The notes under the pieces: generated by a model
Told to the model about the DNA's origin: nothing
Seen by the model: only the letters and a program-made list of their open reading frames with translations
Databases searched by the model: none
Part shown: positions 57,044-64,000 of the stretch, one piece after another
Position numbering within the stretch: the first letter of the stretch is position 1
How the letters are laid out: the number at the start of each line of letters is the position of its first letter
Made by a program: the position numbers and the translations under genes
IMG/VR virus record: IMGVR_UViG_3300012573_000004
Direction: 5' to 3' (one strand)
Length of the DNA stretch: 64,000 nt
Source of the DNA: a virus
Taxonomy: Duplodnaviria > Heunggongvirae > Uroviricota > Caudoviricetes

Positions 57044-57505
57044 ATGGAAAACACAAACTATCTTATTACTACCTCTGATGAGAATATGTATTATCTTTTG
57101 ATAGATAAAAAATACACTCCACAAGAAAGCTTAGAGTACTTCCTGCAGTATGATCTCAATGCTTTGCTAGAGTTTATAGCAACAGTAAAGTCATCTTCTA
57201 CTCTGCTCTACTATTGGAGAGCAATAGAATCATTAGATACCCCCCTAGATTACTTCACTCAGTGTCAAGAACTGCTTTTCTCTTTTGTAGGAAATGATAA
57301 TACTCCCCAAGAAATCATCCATGATGTAGCAAGCAATAACACTGTGCTAAAAGATGATAAGTTGGGAGTAGAGCCTTGTATAGCACATATGTTTGCTACG
57401 CATATTAACTCAACTCAAGAACTTATAGAAATATATCATGATAACTTTGATAACCATGAAGATATACAAGATGATTTTAATGAGTTGATGCTTGCTGCAT
57501 CATAG
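57044..57505 (+). CDS. Acidic hypothetical protein
   Basis: ORF. SD aaaggagtgctctATG. Confidence 0.5.
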   Translation: MENTNYLITTSDENMYYLLIDKKYTPQESLEYFLQYDLNALLEFIATVKSSSTLLYYWRAIESLDTPLDYFTQCQELLFSFVGNDNTPQEIIHDVASNNTVLKDDKLGVEPCIAHMFATHINSTQELIEIYHDNFDNHEDIQDDFNELMLAAS

Positions 57506-57670
57506 ATGATATTTGTGTCCCCTTTTGACTTCTTCCAATAGCACTCTTTGAAACAATGCTATATTCTGCTATCATTGTGTATTCTTAAAAAAGATACCCC
57601 CCCCATGCAATCACTTTTTTCTAGACACGTTCCCACTTAAACTTCATAAACCTCAAGGAGATAACAACTT

Positions 57671-57955
57671 ATGACTACCTCAAATATTTCAAGTATAGAA
57701 GCAACTGAGCTTCTATATAGAAAAGTACGCTATACAGGATACCTTCTTCCTGTGGATAACTACATCATTGCTATTGAACAAACATGGAATGATGAAACTA
57801 GCACCAACAACTTTGATGCTCATATCTTCTCCTATGAAGAAGATCCACAGTTTGTGTCTCACATAACCTCTAGTCTTTTAGAAGACAACACTTTATTTGA
57901 GACAGAAAACGCTGCAGGAAAATGGGCTATTGATAAGCTAAACAAGATTGCGTAA
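57671..57955 (+). CDS. Hypothetical protein
   Basis: ORF. SD aaggagataacaacttATG. Terminator follows. Confidence 0.45.
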   Translation: MTTSNISSIEATELLYRKVRYTGYLLPVDNYIIAIEQTWNDETSTNNFDAHIFSYEEDPQFVSHITSSLLEDNTLFETENAAGKWAIDKLNKIA

Positions 57956-57965
57956 ATGTAAGAAA

Positions 57966-58013
57966 AAACACCCCTTTGGAAGATTATAAAATATCAACCA
58001 AGGGGTGTTTTTC
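57966..58013. terminator. Bidirectional terminator (acacccctttgg/ccaaggggtgt, A-run plus T-run)
   Basis: Read in the sequence. Confidence 0.75.
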
Positions 58014-58023
58014 ATATATTCAA

Positions 58024-58263
58024 CTACAGTGCAACATGAGTAGAAATAACAGTCTTGTCTCCATTGTCTTCTACTTTTACCTTGTCTACAAAAATGAAAT
58101 CATAGCGCAGAGATTGGATGTGTAGCTCTGCTTCTTTTTTGCTCTTCCATTCTGACTCTACATGAGTATCCTTGCTATAAGAATGAGCAACTCTTACTAC
58201 CCACAGGTATCCATCTTCTTGTGGTTTAGATGTTGTTGCTAGAGTATCTAGAACATTAAACAT
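58024..58263 (-). CDS. Small hypothetical protein
   Basis: ORF. SD aaggagaacaagaagatacaATG. Confidence 0.4.
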   Translation of the reverse strand: MFNVLDTLATTSKPQEDGYLWVVRVAHSYSKDTHVESEWKSKKEAELHIQSLRYDFIFVDKVKVEDNGDKTVISTHVAL

Positions 58264-58355
58264 TGTATCTTCTTGTTCTCCTTAAAAACAGTGGCGTGGT
58301 GCTTTTCTTCTAAAAATGATTATTGCATAGATAGCTTTGTTAAAGCAAACAAAAG

Positions 58356-58427
58356 CTCCCCCGGTAGGATTCGAACCTACATATCACGCATTAACAGTGC
58401 GCTGCTTTGCCAGTCAGCCACGGAGGA
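58356..58427 (-). tRNA. tRNA-Asn (anticodon GTT). The D-arm is atypical in my hand fold.
   Basis: Reverse complement TCCTCCGTGGCTGACTGGCAAAGCAGCGCACTGTTAATGCGTGATATGTAGGTTCGAATCCTACCGGGGGAG. Canonical anticodon loop CTGTTAA. T-arm GTAGG-TTCGAAT-CCTAC. Confidence 0.7.
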
Positions 58428-58468
58428 ATGTTTATAAAAAACAGTATAATACATAAAGTGAATCATTG

Positions 58469-59179
58469 TCAAATACCATTCTCACCAGCAGTGTTGCCAC
58501 TATTTTCTGTATTTGGGTTAGGAAGAGGAATATTAGGTAAAGGCTGTTCTCCTACTCCACTGTTGTTATCAGAAGTGCTACCACCACTATTTCCTTGAGT
58601 TGCATTTCCTTGGGTGTTATTTCCCTGATTTGTAGGAGAAGGACTATTTCCATTATTTCTAGGGGTGTTTCCTTGTTGAGCAGGGGTGTTATTTCCCCTG
58701 TCATTTCCCCTGTTGCTATTTCCTCTATCAGGAGTGTTTTTATGTGGTGTATTAGGATTGTTGTGCCTTTGTGGAGTATTCACATTTTCTTCAGGATAGC
58801 TATGTCCATTGGTATTTCTTTTTTGGTTATTACCTTCAGTATTACCACTGTTGTTTTGCTGCTGGTTTCCACCATTTCCTGTGGTATTGTCATTTCCTTC
58901 TTCAGGGATACCAGTAGGTGTTACACCAGTGTTTGCAGAAGAGTCTTCTCCTGGATTATAAGTCTCTACAGTATTTACTGTAGTGGTAGTAGGAGTATTA
59001 TTTTTGATAATAACCTTTTCTATGGGAACAGTGCGCACAATCACAGTATTGACAGTGTGATCTTTTCCTATGTCATAATGATCAAAAGCTTTACCAGTAA
59101 GATAATAAGAGGAGGAAAAAGATATAACTGCTCCTATAGAGTAGATAGCAATAGTTGCTTTTTTACTAGGATTAATCAT
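58469..59179 (-). CDS. N-terminally anchored surface protein with an N/T/G/Q-rich low-complexity region
   Basis: TM segment ATIAIYSIGAVISFSS followed by a highly biased composition. Confidence 0.5.
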   Translation of the reverse strand: MINPSKKATIAIYSIGAVISFSSSYYLTGKAFDHYDIGKDHTVNTVIVRTVPIEKVIIKNNTPTTTTVNTVETYNPGEDSSANTGVTPTGIPEEGNDNTTGNGGNQQQNNSGNTEGNNQKRNTNGHSYPEENVNTPQRHNNPNTPHKNTPDRGNSNRGNDRGNNTPAQQGNTPRNNGNSPSPTNQGNNTQGNATQGNSGGSTSDNNSGVGEQPLPNIPLPNPNTENSGNTAGENGI

Positions 59180-59256
59180 ATTCTTGTCCCTCCTTGAAAA
59201 TAAGTTGTATTTTTTATCTGTGGTGCTTTTACTAGCATATCACTATAACGTAGCAT

Positions 59257-60132
59257 CTACATCATCAGCATCTTATGCGCTATCTCCCTCATAGCTTTTT
59301 CCACAAAGAATACCTGTGTAGAGTAAGGATGTGGGATGAAGGAAAGAGAAGAAAAGTAAGTTTTTGCCAATGTATAGCTATCTGCAGAAAATCCCCTCCA
59401 TTGAGGACCAGTAGCACGAGTACTAACAAGGAGATTTTCTGCTCTAGAGATTATGAAACTTTTGTACTTATTATCACTATTGTACTTTTTCTCATTATCA
59501 ATAGTGGTATAAAAATTGGAATAGTTATTACCAAAAAATCCAATGTATACTCCTAAAAGTCCTTTTCCAGGAATCCATACAGGTCCACCAGAATCTCCAA
59601 GTTTCCCATAAGCTCCAGAGTCTCCTATAATGACATTGCCTGCTACTATTTTGATATTTCCACAGTTAATCTTTTTCTGCACTCTGCTATATACACATAC
59701 TTTTTCACTGCTTTTAACATCAGAAATATCTACTTTTCTATCACCAGAATAGATATTTTCTCCCAAAGAAACATAGTTATTAAGTTTTACAACATTAAAA
59801 TCATTTCCCATAGATTGAGATAAAAGAGTTTTGCTACTTCTGTCAGTGCGAGATTCTATAGTTCCAATGATGTGATCATCATTGTCATATACCACTGATT
59901 TCTTCCCCTTAAAAGAACAGTGATCTGCAGTATAAGCAAGCTTTTCTTTGTGATTTATGTATCCAATAGTGCAAGTTTTCTTTTTATCAATAGAGATTTT
60001 ATCACCTTGCACAATGGTGGGAAGATCCTCAATAGGTGTGGTGTAAATAGGTTGTGCAGAAGCGTGAGCAGGAAAAATAATGATAAAGCAGAAAGCATAT
60101 AATAATGCTATCTGCTTTGTTAAAATATGCAT
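59257..60132 (-). CDS. Secreted trypsin-like serine protease
   Basis: Signal peptide IALLYAFCFIIIFPAHASA. His motif TADHC. Ser motif GDSGGPVW. Confidence 0.75.
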   Translation of the reverse strand: MHILTKQIALLYAFCFIIIFPAHASAQPIYTTPIEDLPTIVQGDKISIDKKKTCTIGYINHKEKLAYTADHCSFKGKKSVVYDNDDHIIGTIESRTDRSSKTLLSQSMGNDFNVVKLNNYVSLGENIYSGDRKVDISDVKSSEKVCVYSRVQKKINCGNIKIVAGNVIIGDSGAYGKLGDSGGPVWIPGKGLLGVYIGFFGNNYSNFYTTIDNEKKYNSDNKYKSFIISRAENLLVSTRATGPQWRGFSADSYTLAKTYFSSLSFIPHPYSTQVFFVEKAMREIAHKMLMM

Positions 60133-60216
60133 AGTAGTTTCTATAACCTTTTTGATGTATCCTAGAATGGCTGAGCTGTTTTAAGCAACTATCCTAGCAC
60201 AATCATTTCACTATGT

Positions 60217-60744
60217 CTATGCAGCACTAACAGTTTCAGGAGGGGTAAGAAGAACATGATCTCTTCCCATGCTTCTGTTGAGGATTTTAATAGCAGCATT
60301 ATGTATGTCTTGTCCCCCTGAGGAAGAACACCATGGTTCTATAATAAAAGTTTTTACTCCCTGATCAAAAAGATCTAGTGCTGTAGCAAGAATGCATCCA
60401 TCAGTATCAAATCCTGCAAGGAATACCTCACAGTCATCTCCCTGCATCTCTATAAGAGGAATAAGCTGTTGTGCCGCACTATAGGTACTTTTGGGAAGGG
60501 AAATATCATAAGCATGCTGGATTTGTTTGATAGAAGCGGTCTTCTCATTTTTAATCATCATGTCATCCCATCCTAGTTGTTTAACAAAAAGGCTAGTTGG
60601 ATCATTGTAGAATGCAGTAGCAGCAACAAGATCAAACCCAGAAAGATCTGCTGATGCAATAGAAGACACTACATCTTGTGTCCCTTGAGTGGTATTAAAT
60701 CCGTCTTGCATATCAATCAAAGCAAGAAGCTGTGGTGAATCCAT
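60217..60744 (-). CDS. Isochorismatase-family cysteine hydrolase (nicotinamidase/PncA-like)
   Basis: LLALIDMQDGF (typical 'LlvIDmQndF'). VFLAGFDTDGCILATALDLFDQGVKTFII (catalytic Cys region). SD acaaggag. Confidence 0.6.
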   Translation of the reverse strand: MDSPQLLALIDMQDGFNTTQGTQDVVSSIASADLSGFDLVAATAFYNDPTSLFVKQLGWDDMMIKNEKTASIKQIQHAYDISLPKSTYSAAQQLIPLIEMQGDDCEVFLAGFDTDGCILATALDLFDQGVKTFIIEPWCSSSGGQDIHNAAIKILNRSMGRDHVLLTPPETVSAA

Positions 60745-60797
60745 AAATATCATCTCCTTGTATCATAAATCACAATCTTGTTTCTCATAACTATATC

Positions 60798-60839
60798 AAA
60801 AAACATCCCCTCTTAAACTATGAAAGCTTAAGAGGGGAT
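60798..60839 (-). terminator. Terminator (atcccctcttaa/ttaagaggggat with T6 on the minus strand) for gene 60888..62714
   Basis: Read in the sequence. Confidence 0.8.
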
Positions 60840-60887
60840 AGCCGTTGCTTGGTAAATATATGTTTTCAATACAGTGAATGTATGAAT

Positions 60888-62714
60888 CTAGGAGAAGATT
60901 CCCTTAACCTTGTCCCAGAAGCTTAGTGTAATGTTTCCTCCAGTATTAACCTCTGGACCAGCTTTAGAATCATTAAGAGGTTGTGTGTCACCGCTTACCT
61001 TCTTTGGTTGATAAGGAGTGGATGGAGAGTTAGGAGTAAAGGAATCATTGCTGTTGCTGTTGTCTCTTATTGGGGAAACAGGAGTGGTTGTAGCAGCAAA
61101 GGAAGGAGTGTTCTCTTCTACTGGAGTTCCTTCATCATTATCACCATTGTGAGCGTTGTCATCTACAGGAGTACTTGGAGTCTTAGAAGTGCTTGGTGTA
61201 GATGGAGTCTTAGAAGTGCTTGGTGTAGCCGTGTCCCTTCTTGGTGTTGTAGAAGTACTTGGAGACTCTGACTTGCCTGGCTTATCTGGAGTACCTGGAG
61301 TATCGGGCTTATCTGGGGTATCAGGAGTATCTGGGGTGTCAGGAGTATCTGGCTTCTCAGGCTCATTAGCTATAGCACCCATACCAAAACTTGCACCAGT
61401 TCTGTCATGGATAATGAACTTCCTAGGAGTACTATCAACCTTATAACCCTTTGGAGCCTTGTCTTCTACCAACTCATATCTTCCCTCAGGAAGAGCAACA
61501 TTGATAAGACCATCTTCTTTGTAGAGATCTTCTAGAGCGTTCTTATCATTATCACCAGGTTTCTTGTTATCTGTAACAGTGAACTCTTCTTTAGTACCAA
61601 GATTCTTAATCTTCCAAGAAGATCCAGAAAGAAGCTTATTATCTTTATCAGTCTTTCTTAGGGTTAGACCATTGTCAGAAGGGTAGAGATAGTTGTCATC
61701 AAAACTCCACGTGCTTTTAGCTCCAGAACCTGTATCTGCTCTTGCAATACGAGACACAGAAGCAGGCTTTATTGTCACCATAGGGTTACAGGAAGCAAAT
61801 ACAGTAGGTTTATGCCAAACTTCCTTCTCCCCTGTTTCTGGGTCTTCTCTGTAATCCCTGCTAGGTTCTAAAAACCTTCCATCTCCTCCTCTGATTCTGG
61901 ATGAAGCTGCTGTTCTATCATAATAAGAAGTGTTAATGGAGAAAACATCATCATGTTTCATGAAGAAATCAAATCTTTCACTTAAAGAAAGACCCTTTTC
62001 TGGAACAAGTTCTGATTTGAGTTCTCTTCTTTTCTTGAATCCGTCTCCATAAGGAGCATAATTCTCAGTATTCATGCCAGCAAAATCTATCCCTCCCATG
62101 GTATGCCCATAACCATTGTATATCTTAGCATTATAAAGATGCCCACTCTCAGGATCTTTCTTCCACTCTACCATCTCTTTAGGAAGGTAGTTTTCTGGTT
62201 TGAACAACCTATAGAAGTATTTTTCTTCAATATTAGGATCTCTATCTTCTTTTTCTACATCAGTAGCAATGAAGTACTTATCCTTACCCTTAACCTTCAT
62301 CAATTTTGGCTTTTTATCATCAGGATATTTTTCCACCAAATAACTATAATCCCCTGGAGCATCCCAACTTGACTCTTCTAGATTATTAAGCTCTTCTTCA
62401 GTAGGGTGCTCATATCCTGGGGCTTCTGGATAACCATCATCAACAATATAGGTATTAATATCACCTACCTCTTTGAGCTTATCTTGAAAATCCTTATCCA
62501 TAATATCTTCACAGTATAACCATTCACCCCACTTCCAACTGTCTTCTGTTTCAGTATCAGATGGGTAGATGTTATCTACATCTCTTTCTTCAGCAGTTGG
62601 GTAAAGTTTTTCTACAGGATCTTCCACTGCAGAAGCTATACCACTTCCACCTATTCCTGCAGCTAGTGCTAGTGAGAGAGCAAAAACACTAGTGGTATTC
62701 TTTTTTAGAGACAT
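60888..62714 (-). CDS. Secreted 608-aa protein with a (PDT)n/PGTPDKP repeat linker and a C-terminal TGG tag (GPEVNTGGNITLSFWDKVKGIFS)
   Basis: Signal peptide VFALSLALAAGIGGSGIASA. PEKPDTPDTPDTPDTPDKPDTPGTPDKPGK repeat. Tag. Confidence 0.65.
   Translation of the reverse strand: MSLKKNTTSVFALSLALAAGIGGSGIASAVEDPVEKLYPTAEERDVDNIYPSDTETEDSWKWGEWLYCEDIMDKDFQDKLKEVGDINTYIVDDGYPEAPGYEHPTEEELNNLEESSWDAPGDYSYLVEKYPDDKKPKLMKVKGKDKYFIATDVEKEDRDPNIEEKYFYRLFKPENYLPKEMVEWKKDPESGHLYNAKIYNGYGHTMGGIDFAGMNTENYAPYGDGFKKRRELKSELVPEKGLSLSERFDFFMKHDDVFSINTSYYDRTAASSRIRGGDGRFLEPSRDYREDPETGEKEVWHKPTVFASCNPMVTIKPASVSRIARADTGSGAKSTWSFDDNYLYPSDNGLTLRKTDKDNKLLSGSSWKIKNLGTKEEFTVTDNKKPGDNDKNALEDLYKEDGLINVALPEGRYELVEDKAPKGYKVDSTPRKFIIHDRTGASFGMGAIANEPEKPDTPDTPDTPDTPDKPDTPGTPDKPGKSESPSTSTTPRRDTATPSTSKTPSTPSTSKTPSTPVDDNAHNGDNDEGTPVEENTPSFAATTTPVSPIRDNSNSNDSFTPNSPSTPYQPKKVSGDTQPLNDSKAGPEVNTGGNITLSFWDKVKGIFS
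61270..61370. repeat. In-frame short tandem repeat encoding PDTPDTPDTPD...
   Basis: Repeated DNA. Explains the spurious antisense ORFs 61156..61446 and 61163..61366. Confidence 0.65.
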
Positions 62715-62916
62715 TTCTTTTCTTTCCCTTCAGAAAAATAAACAAATTGGTATTCAATGTACATATTAAAATATACATTCTATTTTCAGAATACATCATT
62801 TGTGAAAAATATGTACATCTCCCTTTTTTCACAAGACAAATACGATACAGTTCACAAAATAAAAAATCATCACCTCCTCCAGTACAGAGAAGAGGTGATG
62901 ATTTACAAACTGTTAT

Positions 62917-63876
62917 TTAGACATTCAAATGTGGAGTTTTTCCAGAAAGAATAGACATGATGAAAGGTGTCAGAATCACTGCTACTCCAGCAATAGCAGC
63001 AAACCCTAGAAGCCATTCAGATCCACTAGAGCTTCCAGAAAACCCACCTGTTTTAGGAGGAGTAGGTGCAGAAGGTTTATGGGTAGCTGGAGTAGGTGTC
63101 ATCTCAGTATCATTGTCCTGATCACCAATGTCAGGGTTTTTCAACGGGGTTTTCTCTAACACATAAGGAGAGTGTTCAGCATATTGACCAGCAGGACACA
63201 TCTTAGACTCATCTACTGTTCCATCTTCATTAATAGAACCATCACCTTCAGCACAATTCTTGTCATCAATAGAGGTGAAGAAATGTTTACCTCCAATGAT
63301 CAAGGTGTATACACCTACAAACCCTTTTCCTGGAATCCAAGCAGGTCCTCCAGAATCTCCACCAATGCCATTGACATGTTCATCTCCTACTACCAAAGTT
63401 CCATCTACACTTTTAACTTTTCCACAATGAACACTGTTGAACTTCCTACTAAACATACATAGCTTTTCACCAGAAGTGATATCTGCAGTGCTTACCCTGT
63501 TATCTCCAGAATAAGAGTTTTCTCCTGTTTCAACATCATCATAAAGATTGATATAAGCTACATCATTACGAGATTTAGGAATACCCATTTTCCTATCAGA
63601 AAAACGTCCATATGCTTCACCAATCTTTTCCCTGTTACTGTTGTAGATAACACTTTTTTGATGCGCTGGAAGACAATGATCAGCAATATAAGCTTTATGT
63701 GTGTTTTTATCTACATAACCAACAGTACAAGCAATAGCAGTTTCATTGATATATACCTTTTCACCTTGTGAGATAGTTGTCTGGGAAGAATCCTGCTGTG
63801 CATGAGCGATCTGTGGAGATGCCAAAGATGCAAAGAATACTGCACATGCAGTAGTCAAAGATAATACTTTTTTCAT
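62917..63876 (-). CDS. Secreted trypsin-like serine protease ending in an LPXTG-like anchor (PPKTGG, hydrophobic TM, Lys-containing tail)
   Basis: Signal peptide. His motif IADHC. Ser motif GDSGGPAW. C-terminus PTPPKTGGFSGSSSGSEWLLGFAAIAGVAVILTPFIMSILSGKTPHLNV. Confidence 0.8.
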   Translation of the reverse strand: MKKVLSLTTACAVFFASLASPQIAHAQQDSSQTTISQGEKVYINETAIACTVGYVDKNTHKAYIADHCLPAHQKSVIYNSNREKIGEAYGRFSDRKMGIPKSRNDVAYINLYDDVETGENSYSGDNRVSTADITSGEKLCMFSRKFNSVHCGKVKSVDGTLVVGDEHVNGIGGDSGGPAWIPGKGFVGVYTLIIGGKHFFTSIDDKNCAEGDGSINEDGTVDESKMCPAGQYAEHSPYVLEKTPLKNPDIGDQDNDTEMTPTPATHKPSAPTPPKTGGFSGSSSGSEWLLGFAAIAGVAVILTPFIMSILSGKTPHLNV

Positions 63877-64000
63877 GATAGTTTTTGTTTTCCTTTTTTG
63901 ATAAGAGTGATACTTTTTGCTCTTTTATTTTATTATACCTATCAAAAAAGAGCAAGTTTTTTTGGAGAAATACACATTTATGCAGGTTAGTGCTACTCTA

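Noticed and set aside
61156-61446. ORFs 60981..61271(+), 61156..61446(+) and 61163..61366(-)
   Set aside because: Alternative frames over the PDTPD repeat region of gene 60888..62714.

Overview
AT-rich window (GC by eye in the mid-30s %) with standard genetic code, dense coding on both strands and no recognisable housekeeping genes, so it reads as accessory or mobile DNA. Contents: (i) five single tRNA genes, all on the minus strand (Arg-CCT, Arg-TCT, Thr-TGT, Asp-GTC, Asn-GTT). (ii) Four TnpB-family RuvC nuclease genes in three architectures: an IS607-like pair (serine recombinase plus TnpB) sitting between the two tRNA-Arg genes; two unrelated IS200/IS605-like pairs (Y1 TnpA plus TnpB), one of which has split a small gene whose intact paralog lies 3 kb away; and a solo 598-aa TnpB-like gene flanked by ~100-bp direct repeats. 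(iii) A plus-strand replication/defense-like module: DnaN-like sliding clamp, 855-aa GHKL ATPase, two unknowns including a (D/E)DW-repeat acidic protein, and an SNF2/DEAH helicase. (iv) A cell-envelope island: membrane sortase, flotillin, acyltransferase-3/SGNH O-acetyltransferase, six secreted trypsin-like (S1) proteases, and a large beta-helix protein with Thr/Ser-Pro tandem repeats. Four of these secreted proteins end in the same C-terminal tag (G-P-x-V-N/K-T-G-G-K-V...S-F-L-D-K-V-K-x-I-F), and a fifth ends in PKTGG followed by a TM helix and a Lys tail. This looks like an undescribed TGG-type sorting signal that may be processed by the adjacent sortase. (v) A 1.5-kb gene desert carrying a tight cluster of three consensus DnaA boxes (candidate origin). 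(vi) A strand-biased motif, TTGTGTCCCTTTT, recurring at least 14 times in intergenic DNA, almost always on the plus strand and often just after rho-independent terminators. Other phage- or plasmid-like genes: DUF2786-like, cREC-like, Ltp-like, Zn-ribbon/Vsr-like endonuclease, 5'(3')-deoxyribonucleotidase-like, isochorismatase-like. All calls rest on motif reading of the supplied ORF translations. No database search was run.
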